A stretch of DNA of 55,906 nucleotides from a virus (Duplodnaviria > Caudoviricetes). Numbering within the stretch: the stretch's first letter is position 1; the number at the start of each line of letters is the position of its first letter. The notes beneath the pieces are model-generated. The model saw nothing but the letters and a program-made list of their open reading frames with translations. It was not told the origin of the DNA and did not search any database. This document shows, piece after piece, positions 42,474 through 52,313 of the stretch. The translations under genes and the position numbers were made by a program. Location of the stretch: IMG/VR virus record IMGVR_UViG_3300033067_001303, positions 1-55,906 of that record. One strand, 5' to 3'.

Positions 42474-42917
42474 TTATAATTTTATATAGACACCAGGATT
42501 TTCCTTGTCTATTGTATAATACTGTTCATTCATTTTAAAAGCATATGGAATAAAATAATCCATATTATCATCTTCAATAATTCCATGTGCAACAAGTAAA
42601 TCTGCTATAATTTGATTAGCATTATTAAAATCAAATTTATGTTTACTTTTTCTAACAAAATGAAAACCTATTTCAAAAGGAGGTTCTTTTCCCTCCAAAA
42701 CATTGTTAAATTTTTCTCTTAAATTTTCAATAAGATTAGGTTTTGTTTTATATCCTACAACTTCTTTACGAGAAGCAGAATATCTTTGAATACCTAAATC
42801 AGATAAATAATTTTTAACTGTTTTGGAAGGAAATATTCCTCTTGATGTTTTAATTTTACTATTTTTTAAACTTGGAGTATTAAAAGGAATGAATATTAAT
42901 TCATCTGTATTTACCAT
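42474..42917 (-). CDS. RusA-like Holliday junction resolvase
   Basis: PSLKN, DFNN...DLL...IIEDDN, C-terminal PGVYI. Confidence 0.7.
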   Translation of the reverse strand: MVNTDELIFIPFNTPSLKNSKIKTSRGIFPSKTVKNYLSDLGIQRYSASRKEVVGYKTKPNLIENLREKFNNVLEGKEPPFEIGFHFVRKSKHKFDFNNANQIIADLLVAHGIIEDDNMDYFIPYAFKMNEQYYTIDKENPGVYIKL

Positions 42918-44743
42918 GGTAAACCACTTTCTGATTTTTGAATTTTACGTGTTTGATTATCTGATACTTTTTTATAAGTTAATGTTTTTTCATCATAAAT
43001 ATTTTCAAAAAAAGATTTTTCATAATCATTTCTTTTTGCGTCTGCTTCTTTTTTAAGTGTTTCAAAATCTATAGTCAATTCTTCACTTAAAGTACTATTT
43101 GGTTTTAATTTTGAAGCTTCTTTTTGTATTCCAATATTATTACTATAATATGAATAATCTACTTTTAAAGGAGCTAGTTTAGCTGAAGCTAAACTTTCTA
43201 ATCCTTCTAATCCTTGATATTTAGCAAAAATATTTTTAGTTTTAGAACTATTCGATTGTTTTGTATCAAATTCACGAACGCAATTAAAATCTGATTCTTT
43301 AAAATAAATATCACCTTTTCTATTTTTATCTTCTACAAATTTCTTACGATCGTTAATGTAATTGATAATATTGATATAAAAACCAAAATTTATATTATTT
43401 TGTTCAGAATATTCACTAATAATATCTGTTAAATTATATTTTTCATTTTGTTGTAAAATTCTTTCAAAATTTAATTTTGTAAAATTTACTAAAATACTAT
43501 TAATAAACATAAAAAACATGATTTTATTAATATCATATGTTGGTGTATGTATTCTAAATTCAATAGTTTTTTTATTACCAAATAATAAAGGTACAAAATT
43601 GTGAATATGATATCTTGAATGAATATTCCATTTTTGTTGACCTGTTGGGTCTTTAGGGTGATGACTTACTTGAGACAAATCGCCTCTATCACCATAACTA
43701 GATAAAGAATGACCTTCAGATAATTCTGTAAAAATAACATTAAAGTTTTTAATTAAATTATCTTTTGTAATTACAGGATCTAATTTACTTAAAATATCAT
43801 AAGTGTTAAATGGTGCAGAATAATTTTTATTTTTATATCTAAAATTGTATTTTTTATACAAATTAAACATACTAAAAATTTCATCTTGTAATGCAAGAGT
43901 TAATTTAAAAAATGCTGTAATAAATTCAGGTATTCTTGGTATATTTCCAATATGTAAATGCATTGAACACGTATCATTATAATCAGTACGATATTTTAAT
44001 TCTTTAACACTTTCAATAACGTTACAAATTCCTTTAACACCACTTAAAGGAATTGTAACATATTCTAACCCTGAAATACTACCATCTCTTAAAGGAATTA
44101 ATCCTAAACGATTGTGAATATTTTTAGGTATTTGACCAGCAACAGTTTCAAATTCTAAACCAAAACTTAAATCTTGAATTAATTTATTTATACTTTCTTC
44201 ATTATTTAAAGTAAATGAAGGTGTATAATATTTTTCATAATTCATTATATTTTGTTCAAGAATATCTTTAGAATCGTAAGGTAATGATGTTTTATATTCA
44301 CTAGTAGGTGGAGATTTTTTTATAAAATCGTAAGCCTTCATTCTTGAAATATGATAAAAATTACCATCACTTAGTTTTTCTCTAAAACTATAATTCTTTT
44401 CAATAATTAATTTATTTAAAGCATAAATTCTATAACCGTCTTCCATTTCAACAATTATTGAATTTATATCTTTTTTAAAGTAACCTTTATTTAAATTATT
44501 ATCAATAATACCAAATGTTAAATCTTTACTAAACGAATATTCGTTTGAAGAATAATCCCACACAATTTGTGTAGTATCTATACGATAATAACTTCCATTA
44601 TCCATTAAATAACAATCACCTGAATCTTTAATTTTTTTATCTCCAATTTTATAAAAACCTGAGTCATATTTTCTAGTTTTGGAAATAGGTAGTGTTTCAT
44701 TATTTATAGTTACTACAAATTTTTCTTTTGTATTCTTTGACAT
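42911..44743 (-). CDS. Putative amidoligase (glutamine synthetase-like COOH-NH2 ligase, Amidoligase_2 type)
   Basis: FGLEFET, RDGSI, LEYVT, CSMHLHIG, TIEFR. Confidence 0.85.
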   Translation of the reverse strand: MSKNTKEKFVVTINNETLPISKTRKYDSGFYKIGDKKIKDSGDCYLMDNGSYYRIDTTQIVWDYSSNEYSFSKDLTFGIIDNNLNKGYFKKDINSIIVEMEDGYRIYALNKLIIEKNYSFREKLSDGNFYHISRMKAYDFIKKSPPTSEYKTSLPYDSKDILEQNIMNYEKYYTPSFTLNNEESINKLIQDLSFGLEFETVAGQIPKNIHNRLGLIPLRDGSISGLEYVTIPLSGVKGICNVIESVKELKYRTDYNDTCSMHLHIGNIPRIPEFITAFFKLTLALQDEIFSMFNLYKKYNFRYKNKNYSAPFNTYDILSKLDPVITKDNLIKNFNVIFTELSEGHSLSSYGDRGDLSQVSHHPKDPTGQQKWNIHSRYHIHNFVPLLFGNKKTIEFRIHTPTYDINKIMFFMFINSILVNFTKLNFERILQQNEKYNLTDIISEYSEQNNINFGFYINIINYINDRKKFVEDKNRKGDIYFKESDFNCVREFDTKQSNSSKTKNIFAKYQGLEGLESLASAKLAPLKVDYSYYSNNIGIQKEASKLKPNSTLSEELTIDFETLKKEADAKRNDYEKSFFENIYDEKTLTYKKVSDNQTRKIQKSESGLPW

Positions 44744-44747
44744 TTTT

Positions 44748-46802
44748 TTAATTTATTAATGTTAACATGTAATCTTTCATAGCTTTAAAATCTTGAATTT
44801 TTTTATTAACTTCAACATCGTCTGTAGTATTTAATTTTTCTAAATTATCAACAATATCTTCTAAACCAAAAATAATTTCATTAGAAGATTCTTGAATTAA
44901 TTCATTGATTACTTCTAAATCGTTTTCTGATTCAATTTGTGAATAATCTTCATTTTTAGTATAATCAATACCATCTTCTTTTAAATAAGCTTCAAAATTA
45001 TTAATAGGTTCCTTTGTTTTATTAGTTAATTTAATTAAATCTTCTAATGAATTAACAGATTTAAAATCTTCAGAACCAAATAAAACTTTTTCAAAATGAT
45101 TATTTACTTTAATTGATGTTAAATTACCTTCTTTAATAGAATATGTTCTATCACTACCTAATGTAAAAAAACTATTTATTTGTTCAACTTTTTTACCTTT
45201 TAATGTAATAGATTGATTATCATCAGATCTTGAATCAATTGCTAAATCAATAATAGGATGTGTACTAATTTCAGATAACTCAATATAACTTATATTTAAA
45301 CCTTTTTTAATATGACTATCACGATATCTTGAATATGTTGTAGAATAATCCATTTTTGTTAAAACTTTAACACCTTGAATAAAATAATACATACTATATT
45401 CAACATTTGTTAAATGTTTAAAAGGAATAAATGTTTTTACAGTTTCATTAGTTAAATCTAAATCTTTAGTATCATGAACAAAACCGTTTTTAATAAAAGG
45501 AATACCAATTAATCTATTTAAAGTTTTTTTAGCTTCTTCAAAATTATCTTCACCTATTTTATAAAAACCATAATGATTAACCCATGTATAAATACCAGTA
45601 ATTGTATGACCATTTTGCCAATGTCTAAATTTATTAAAATAAACTCTACCTAAATAATCATTTTGATTTTTAGATAAACATTCTTTATAAATATTTAATG
45701 GTACAATATTATCTGTATCTTTTAATTTAATTTTACAATTTAAATTAGGATTAATATAAACTTTATTTGCAGCAGGTAACTGAATTATTTTTGAATTTTT
45801 ATTTCTTTCAACATAAGGTTCATTATCAAAAAGTGTTGTATCACCATAAGCATTAGCAATATTGTTATAATAACTATTTGATTTTTTAGTATAAGACATA
45901 ACAATTTCTTTTTGAAATTGATCTTTTCTTGAAACTAATATTTTTTCAGCATTTTCTACATCACCATCTGTAATTTTATATACTGTATTTTGACTAAATG
46001 TAAATAAATTAACATTTGCAATACCTCCAATTGTTTCTAATGATTCTTGAATTGAAGAAATATATAAACTATTTTTAGTTTCTTTATAATAAAATAAAGG
46101 TCTTTCTTCTTCTATATCATAATTGGTATAATCATACCATTTTGAAGCACCTTTCCATACATAAATAACATTAGGTTCATTTGTGTTTGTAAACACTAAA
46201 GCAGCGGCACCGTTATATTGACTTAAAACTTTAAAATTTTTAGTTTTATAAATAATTTCTAATAATATTTCAGAATCAATTTTTTGTCTAATTGTTTCAT
46301 AAAAACCATTAGGATTATGATCAGATTGAACTTTAACTGTTTCTGTAGTATCAATTTTAAATGTAGAAGCTAAATCTTTATGATTATATAATGTACCATT
46401 ATGACAACCTACAAATTCATAATTACCTTCAGAATTATTACCAAAACCAAATGGATGTGCATTTCTTTCATTTACAATATTTCCAACACTTGCTTGACGT
46501 GTATGACCAATTACTACAGGATATTTAAGAGGTTTAATTTCTCTATTTACAATAAATTTAGAATATAATTTTTCTGTATTTAACCCGTAATAAACTTCAC
46601 CGTCAAATGACACACCACATGAATCTTTTCCTCTATCAATATTAAAAATTCCAAGTTTGTCAAATTTATCTTTATTAAATTTTTTAGGGTCTTTTCCAGA
46701 CCAAGCGAATATTCCGCAATATAATTTATTATATTTTGGTTTTACAATATATAATTGTAAATAATGTACAAATAATAAAATTAATATTATTTTTATTTCC
46801 AT
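44748..46802 (-). CDS. Class II (Ntn) glutamine amidotransferase with hydrophobic leader and long C-terminal extension
   Basis: CGIF, RGKDSCG, IGHTRQAS, NAHPF, HNGT, DSE, ERPL. Confidence 0.88.
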   Translation of the reverse strand: MEIKIILILLFVHYLQLYIVKPKYNKLYCGIFAWSGKDPKKFNKDKFDKLGIFNIDRGKDSCGVSFDGEVYYGLNTEKLYSKFIVNREIKPLKYPVVIGHTRQASVGNIVNERNAHPFGFGNNSEGNYEFVGCHNGTLYNHKDLASTFKIDTTETVKVQSDHNPNGFYETIRQKIDSEILLEIIYKTKNFKVLSQYNGAAALVFTNTNEPNVIYVWKGASKWYDYTNYDIEEERPLFYYKETKNSLYISSIQESLETIGGIANVNLFTFSQNTVYKITDGDVENAEKILVSRKDQFQKEIVMSYTKKSNSYYNNIANAYGDTTLFDNEPYVERNKNSKIIQLPAANKVYINPNLNCKIKLKDTDNIVPLNIYKECLSKNQNDYLGRVYFNKFRHWQNGHTITGIYTWVNHYGFYKIGEDNFEEAKKTLNRLIGIPFIKNGFVHDTKDLDLTNETVKTFIPFKHLTNVEYSMYYFIQGVKVLTKMDYSTTYSRYRDSHIKKGLNISYIELSEISTHPIIDLAIDSRSDDNQSITLKGKKVEQINSFFTLGSDRTYSIKEGNLTSIKVNNHFEKVLFGSEDFKSVNSLEDLIKLTNKTKEPINNFEAYLKEDGIDYTKNEDYSQIESENDLEVINELIQESSNEIIFGLEDIVDNLEKLNTTDDVEVNKKIQDFKAMKDYMLTLIN

Positions 46803-46808
46803 ATTTTT

Positions 46809-47324
46809 TTAATTTTTAAATATTTTTAATGTATTTTCAGAAAAAGTTATCAATTGATCAATTGATGCACAATTTTTCATAGTATTTGCTAATTTTGAAA
46901 TGATCCATACATTTCCTTTAATGTAACCTTTAGAATTATCAATTCTATCAATACTTACAGAATTCCAATTTTTTCTACCGTTTCCTACAGAATAATCTAA
47001 TTTTATGTTCAATAAAGGACAAAATTCTACTATTTCTAAATCTTCAATTGTTATTGAAAATTCTAAATTTCTATTTGTAAATTTAATTTTAGATTTAATA
47101 TTATGAATTTTTCTTTCTAAATAATTAGAATTAATATATTCTATTTTTTTAACTTTGTATTCTTCTGATTTGTAATAATTTTTAACTTTTTCTGATTTAC
47201 GATATTTTAAATCATATTCTTTTTTACAAAGTTTACATAAATTACTATAACCATCTTTATTACCTTTAAATACGTGAAATTCTGTTATTTCTTTTTCACA
47301 TTTACATTTAGTACATTCTTTCAT
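46809..47324 (-). CDS. Free-standing HNH-type homing endonuclease
   Basis: CTKC/CKLC zinc ribbon, CPLL, SIDRIDNSKGYIKGNVWIISKLANTMK. Confidence 0.85.
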   Translation of the reverse strand: MKECTKCKCEKEITEFHVFKGNKDGYSNLCKLCKKEYDLKYRKSEKVKNYYKSEEYKVKKIEYINSNYLERKIHNIKSKIKFTNRNLEFSITIEDLEIVEFCPLLNIKLDYSVGNGRKNWNSVSIDRIDNSKGYIKGNVWIISKLANTMKNCASIDQLITFSENTLKIFKN

Positions 47325-47341
47325 ATTTTATATCTTTTTTA

Positions 47342-47373
47342 CAAAGATACAAAAAATATGTGAGAATTCCTAA
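47342..47373 (-). promoter_or_regulatory. Promoter TTAGGAAT-N16-TATCTTTG of HNH gene
   Basis: Matches the shared consensus. Confidence 0.75.
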
Positions 47374-47389
47374 TTATTTACACATTATT

Positions 47390-48190
47390 TTATACTGTTT
47401 TTAATATATTAGTATTAATTTTTTCAATTGTTTGTTTTGCTAATTCTTTATTATTTGTATTAATAGCTTTTACAGTATCTTCTCCATATAATTTAATATA
47501 TTCGTCAGCTTTACCGTCTAATACAATAGTAACAGCGTTAACTGTTTGTTCAAATACCCATTCAATTAATTCATTTGAATGAATCCAAAAATTAGATAAT
47601 GCTCTACATTCTACACCAAAATCTTTAAATCTAAAAGAACCTGCTTTACCATAAAGTTCACGTCTTCTTTCATCTGTATCAATTAATAATGCAGGTAATG
47701 TTACCATAATGTCAAACATTTTTACAATGTTTTCTTGAATTTCATCAGTTCTATATTCTTTATCTATTCCAATATGAACATGACCACCAACACATCTTAA
47801 ATTTGTGTTAGTTTTTGGAGAAGGATTGATATCTTGTAACCATACATTAAAGTCAGGTTCGCAACCAAATGTTTGAGCATTTTCCGTTTGTAAATAAGCA
47901 GGATTAATTTCTCCTGACGCTTTAGTTGATAATTTACAACCATTTGCTTCAGCAATAACTGCTAAATGTTCTTTTACATAATTAATATTTTCAACATATT
48001 CTTTTTTAGTAGAACAAGGTGGAATATTAAATTCAAAAGCAATATTATCAATTTGAATACAATGACCTTTATCTGTAATTGGATGAGGTTCATATTTTGT
48101 ACCTGGAATTAATCCTTCTGCAGAAATAATTTCTGTTTCATTTTCAATAAAAATTTCTGGATCTGTACCTAAACTAATATTATATTTCAT
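47390..48190 (-). CDS. phiEco32-like COOH-NH2 ligase type 2
   Basis: LGTDPEIF, DNIAFEFN, FGCEPDFN, GGHVHIG, RRELYGKAG, GVECRALSNFW. Confidence 0.88.
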   Translation of the reverse strand: MKYNISLGTDPEIFIENETEIISAEGLIPGTKYEPHPITDKGHCIQIDNIAFEFNIPPCSTKKEYVENINYVKEHLAVIAEANGCKLSTKASGEINPAYLQTENAQTFGCEPDFNVWLQDINPSPKTNTNLRCVGGHVHIGIDKEYRTDEIQENIVKMFDIMVTLPALLIDTDERRRELYGKAGSFRFKDFGVECRALSNFWIHSNELIEWVFEQTVNAVTIVLDGKADEYIKLYGEDTVKAINTNNKELAKQTIEKINTNILKTV

Positions 48191-48225
48191 TTTTAATAAT
48201 TTTTTAATTTTTAATAATTTTTTAA
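48190..48225. repeat. Perfect 18-bp tandem duplication (TTTTTAATAATTTTTTAA x2)
   Basis: Read directly; forms the whole intergenic spacer/translation initiation region. Confidence 0.7.
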
Positions 48226-48914
48226 TTTTCTTTTAATACTCTTGTTCTAATAAGATTTATTATGTATTTAAGTGATGTATCTGAACTATCAGAAATCCAT
48301 TCAGGATGAGATTGAATACATAATGAATTATATTCATTATAAAACACAATTTCTGGTTCTAAAAAGTTTTCAGGTAATTCAATATTTTCATTTTGACCAT
48401 TTAAATAAACATCACTTTTAAAATGTAATGAATATCCTAATAATGAATATTGACTTGTGTTTAAATTAAAAGGATACATCATTTGATGATGATCTGAAGG
48501 GATGTTTAAAACTTTACCTCCATAATAAATAGCATCTTTAGTAGAATTATGACCTGTTACATGTTGTATTAATTTACCACCAGCCATTACTGTAAGAAAT
48601 TGAGCACCTCTACAAATACCAAGTTTAGGTATTTGATAATACATTTTATGAAATAAATTATGTTCAACATCATCACGATGTTTATTATTTTTAGTAAATT
48701 TACCTTTAGTTTCACCATAAAACGATGGAGATACGTCTTCACCACCTGTAAATAAAATTAAATTTATAACGTTTGGTAAAGATTTATCTTCTTCTTTAAC
48801 AATACCTACAACATTATATTCAGGAAATGTTTTTTTTAAAAATTCTAAATACTCTTGTTCTACAACACCTCTTGCAAATAATACATTAAAAGTTGGTTTT
48901 TTATTATCTTCCAT
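48222..48914 (-). CDS. Class I glutamine amidotransferase / peptidase C26
   Basis: TGGEDV, GICRGAQ, HHQ, QSHPE (Cys-His-Glu triad). Confidence 0.88.
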   Translation of the reverse strand: MEDNKKPTFNVLFARGVVEQEYLEFLKKTFPEYNVVGIVKEEDKSLPNVINLILFTGGEDVSPSFYGETKGKFTKNNKHRDDVEHNLFHKMYYQIPKLGICRGAQFLTVMAGGKLIQHVTGHNSTKDAIYYGGKVLNIPSDHHQMMYPFNLNTSQYSLLGYSLHFKSDVYLNGQNENIELPENFLEPEIVFYNEYNSLCIQSHPEWISDSSDTSLKYIINLIRTRVLKEN

Positions 48915-49770
48915 TTTGTTTTGATTTTCTAATTATAATTTTAGGAATTTCATCAATATATTTTTGTGCACAAACAGATACTTCACCTGTTCCATTATCC
49001 ATAGAACTTGCACTATTACATTCTAATAAGATATATTCTTGATAAGGTCTTGAATTACCATCTTTATCTCTTGGAGTTTGAACTCTAACATCAAATGATA
49101 ATAAATCTGCACCTACAGCTTTTAACGCTTTTACACAGTCTGAAACAATGTCATTCCATGAATTAGGTTTGTGAAAGTTTTCATTAGTTTCAAGAAACCA
49201 TACACAAATATCATCATGACGACGCCATTTTTGATCTTCAGGTACATCTTGTTTTAAAGCTTTTCTACAAGTATAAAAACAACCGTCTTCTGTTACATGC
49301 AATCTAAATTCATGACCAAAGTTCATAAATTTTTCAAATATATAATTACTAAGTGTTTTACCTTGCATCCAAGATTCTAATTCTTCTTGAGATTTAATTA
49401 AAGTATTACCTTTACCTTTAGAACCATAATGAGCTTTAGCTACAATAGGATATCTTTCACGAGCCCAGTCATTTAATGCACCATCTGTCCACATTTCTGC
49501 AGTTTTAACACCAGCTTCTGTGAACTTTTGTTTCATTAAAAATTTATTAGCTGAAATTTTAATTGCATCAACAGTATTAATTTCAATTCTTTTACCACCT
49601 TTAGCAACACTATCTTCAACTTCAGTAGATGATCCAAATCTAATAACTGAACGATAAGGTAATGCTGCTATTTTTTTATGTTTAAGTCTTAAAATATCAT
49701 GACTTGGATGACGACTTAAAATCATTGGTCTAAATAAAGTGTATTTCTTTTTTTTAACTGTTGGAGTCAT
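48904..49770 (-). CDS. ATP-grasp ligase
   Basis: NK, YPIVAK, GSKGKG, EK, EFRLHV, FDV, LECNSA. Confidence 0.85.
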   Translation of the reverse strand: MTPTVKKKKYTLFRPMILSRHPSHDILRLKHKKIAALPYRSVIRFGSSTEVEDSVAKGGKRIEINTVDAIKISANKFLMKQKFTEAGVKTAEMWTDGALNDWARERYPIVAKAHYGSKGKGNTLIKSQEELESWMQGKTLSNYIFEKFMNFGHEFRLHVTEDGCFYTCRKALKQDVPEDQKWRRHDDICVWFLETNENFHKPNSWNDIVSDCVKALKAVGADLLSFDVRVQTPRDKDGNSRPYQEYILLECNSASSMDNGTGEVSVCAQKYIDEIPKIIIRKSKQNGR

Positions 49771-49771
49771 A

Positions 49772-50419
49772 TTATTCTAAGTTTAAAAGTTGTTTAATAA
49801 TTACTTCTGAAATACCATCATTAATTTCTTCAGGATGATATTGTACACCATATACATTTTTAGCAAATCTTGCAATTTCAATATTACCATCTACTTTTTC
49901 TCTTGCTAAAACATTAAAAGGATTAGGTAAAGAAAAACAACCTTGATGATGTAATGAATTTACTTCATATTTTGGAGGCATTGTTGATTTGTTAATAATG
50001 TCAAACATTGGTTGTTCAAAAGCTAATGTATCAACTTTATCATGTCTTCCTTTAGAAGAATAATTAAAGGGATAGTGTTGTTCTAATTTACCACCAAATT
50101 TAACACATAATTGTTGAAATCCTAAACAAATACCAAATATTGGAGTATTGTTTGCTAAATATTTATCTAAGTTATTATCAAAGAAATATTGTTTCATAAC
50201 ATCTGTATTAGATGTATGAAATCCTGGAACTTCACCAAAAGATTGAGGAGTAATATCTGCACCACCTGGTAATACTAATAAATCTAAATCTTCAACAATT
50301 CCTTTTTGTGGTGATAAAATATGAACAATTCCAAAATTACTTAACCAATCAATATATGGTACAGTTACACCAAAACTATTATCTCCTGTTTTCCAACCTA
50401 CTATTCCAATTTTTTTCAT
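49772..50419 (-). CDS. Class I glutamine amidotransferase / peptidase C26 (gamma-glutamyl hydrolase-like)
   Basis: PGGADI, GICLGFQ, VNSLHHQ, VQYHPE. Confidence 0.9.
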   Translation of the reverse strand: MKKIGIVGWKTGDNSFGVTVPYIDWLSNFGIVHILSPQKGIVEDLDLLVLPGGADITPQSFGEVPGFHTSNTDVMKQYFFDNNLDKYLANNTPIFGICLGFQQLCVKFGGKLEQHYPFNYSSKGRHDKVDTLAFEQPMFDIINKSTMPPKYEVNSLHHQGCFSLPNPFNVLAREKVDGNIEIARFAKNVYGVQYHPEEINDGISEVIIKQLLNLE

Positions 50420-50443
50420 TTTATATTTAATTTTAATTTATTT

Positions 50444-51001
50444 TTATTTTTTAGCTAATAAAGAAAATAATGTGTTAGCTACACTTTTTGTTTCATAATA
50501 ATCTACCCAATTACCATTTTCTACTACAGTTCCTTTTTTTGAAGCATCTATAATACTATTATCCAAAATAAACATATATGCTTTACCAAAAGGAGTATCT
50601 ACTCTTTCAAGTTTATACAATTCATAATTATTTGTATAATCTAAAATATTACCTTCAAGATTATTATGCCATTCTAAAGATTGAAAAATAGTTCTATCAA
50701 CATTGTATAGTTCAATTAATACAGAAGATGAACCTTTTTTATCTAAACAAGCAAAACCTTCAATATCATATAATGTAAATTCTGGTAATGTTTCATAAAC
50801 TGCAATAGGTGAATCTTCATCAAGTTGTTCATGATTATTCATACCTTTTCTTAAAAAACCATAAACACCTACTAATATTTTTTCAGGTTCTTTGTTTTTA
50901 TCAAATCTCATATTCTTTTTATTTTGATTTTTAATCTCTTTTTCACGTTGTTTATCTTTTTTAATTTGTTTTTTAAAAGAACGTTGTTTATTTCTACTCA
51001 T
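50444..51001 (-). CDS. Gamma-glutamylcyclotransferase (AIG2-like) with basic N-terminal extension
   Basis: VGVYGFLRKGMNNH, ELYNV, LEG, C-terminal GNW. Confidence 0.8.
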   Translation of the reverse strand: MSRNKQRSFKKQIKKDKQREKEIKNQNKKNMRFDKNKEPEKILVGVYGFLRKGMNNHEQLDEDSPIAVYETLPEFTLYDIEGFACLDKKGSSSVLIELYNVDRTIFQSLEWHNNLEGNILDYTNNYELYKLERVDTPFGKAYMFILDNSIIDASKKGTVVENGNWVDYYETKSVANTLFSLLAKK

Positions 51002-51003
51002 AT

Positions 51004-52044
51004 CTAAAAAGGCATTAAAATTTCACGTTCAAATATTTCAACAGCTTTTTTAACACCTACCTTTTCAACTAAATCTGAAAAATCTTTAGATTCATGTTTA
51101 CTGTCAATACATCTTCCAATAAAACCTGTTTCTTGTTCTAATCTTTTAGAAAATATTTGACCCCAGTTTTCTTCTTTATCATAATCATTATCATAAAATA
51201 TTAAACATAGTCCAAATCTTTCTTCCAGTTCATCAATTACTTGTTTTTTAGGTAATACATTTTCACATTGTAATGCTACTGCATTATAACCTGTATTTTC
51301 TTTAATACACATTACATCTTTTAAAGATTTAGTAATAACTAATGTGCCACCATGATCAGAAACAGGTAATTGACTCCAACCTTGCCATATTGAATCATTA
51401 TGAGAATTTAACCATTTGTAATTTTTACTAAATGGTTGATAAATTTTATAAGTTTCTTCACCATCTTTATGTTCAATAAAAACATAAGAATGTTTATCTG
51501 CTTTAATTGGTTTATCATTTACAACAATATATGATATTGGTTCTACATTATATTCTATTAATGTTTTTAATGAAATATTATATTTTTGCCAATATTGCAT
51601 ATCGTGAAATTCCCAATTTCTTTTAATTTTACCAAGTTTAAACTTATACATTGTTTTAGACAAAGCATGTTCTCTTGAATGATTTGTTGTAAAATCACCT
51701 TCTGCCTTAGGAATACCTGTTTTTTTAATTAACCAGTCATTTTCCATATTAAAATCAATTGCAATTTTAGATAATGCTTCATAATGATTTAATTCAAACA
51801 TTACTTCTACAAACTTAATACAATCACCTTTTAATCTTAATGTAAAATCGTGAAAACATATTTCACCACCATCACCAACAAAGAAACCAAATGAAGGATT
51901 ACTTTCATTTCTAAATGGAGAATGAATGTTTTTACCTATTATTATATCTTCATTTAAGATATATCTTTTATATATATCTAAATCAGAAACATATTTTAAA
52001 AGTTTCTTTTTAGTAATATATTCTTTATTTAAATTAATAGTCAT
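51004..52044 (-). CDS. DNA primase (TOPRIM, crAss-like)
   Basis: SPFRxExxPSF, ITKSLKDVM, YDND, KDFSD. Confidence 0.85.
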   Translation of the reverse strand: MTINLNKEYITKKKLLKYVSDLDIYKRYILNEDIIIGKNIHSPFRNESNPSFGFFVGDGGEICFHDFTLRLKGDCIKFVEVMFELNHYEALSKIAIDFNMENDWLIKKTGIPKAEGDFTTNHSREHALSKTMYKFKLGKIKRNWEFHDMQYWQKYNISLKTLIEYNVEPISYIVVNDKPIKADKHSYVFIEHKDGEETYKIYQPFSKNYKWLNSHNDSIWQGWSQLPVSDHGGTLVITKSLKDVMCIKENTGYNAVALQCENVLPKKQVIDELEERFGLCLIFYDNDYDKEENWGQIFSKRLEQETGFIGRCIDSKHESKDFSDLVEKVGVKKAVEIFEREILMPF

Positions 52045-52046
52045 TT

Positions 52047-52181
52047 TTAATATTGTATAAATGTCATTTTACCGTTAAATTCAAATTCAATACAAGGTAT
52101 TGTTTCTAAAAAATCTAAACAAGGTTTAGAATGTCTAACTTCTTCAATTTCTTTATTTTCTTCAATTTCTAATTCTGTCAT
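52047..52181 (-). CDS. Small acidic hypothetical protein (44 aa), not in ORF track
   Basis: MTELEIEENKEIEEVRHSKPCLDFLETIPCIEFEFNGKMTFIQY; A-rich leader; ends 2 nt before primase ATG. Confidence 0.5.
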   Translation of the reverse strand: MTELEIEENKEIEEVRHSKPCLDFLETIPCIEFEFNGKMTFIQY

Positions 52182-52207
52182 TTTTTATTTAATTTTAGTT
52201 AACATTA

Positions 52208-52279
52208 GTGCCAGAACAAGATTCGAACTTGTATCTACCCATTAAAAGTGGACGGCTTTACCAATTAAGCTATCTGACT
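52208..52279 (-). tRNA. tRNA-Lys(TTT)
   Basis: D arm GCTT/AAGC with TGG loop; anticodon stem GTCCA/TGGGT with loop CTTTTAA; T arm ACAAG-TTCGAAT-CTTGT; acceptor GTCAGA/TCTGGC; no encoded CCA. Confidence 0.82.
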
Positions 52280-52280
52280 A

Positions 52281-52306
52281 TAAAAAGAGGGTATTTCTAC
52301 CCTCTT
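52281..52306 (-). terminator. Rho-independent terminator after the ssb-like gene
   Basis: AAGAGGGTA-GAAA-TACCCTCTT then T-run. Confidence 0.8.
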
Positions 52307-52313
52307 ATATTTA

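Noticed and set aside
32893-47385. Group I introns around the three HNH genes
   Set aside because: No P/Q/R/S core sequences and no room for them; no U.../...G junction restores a frame
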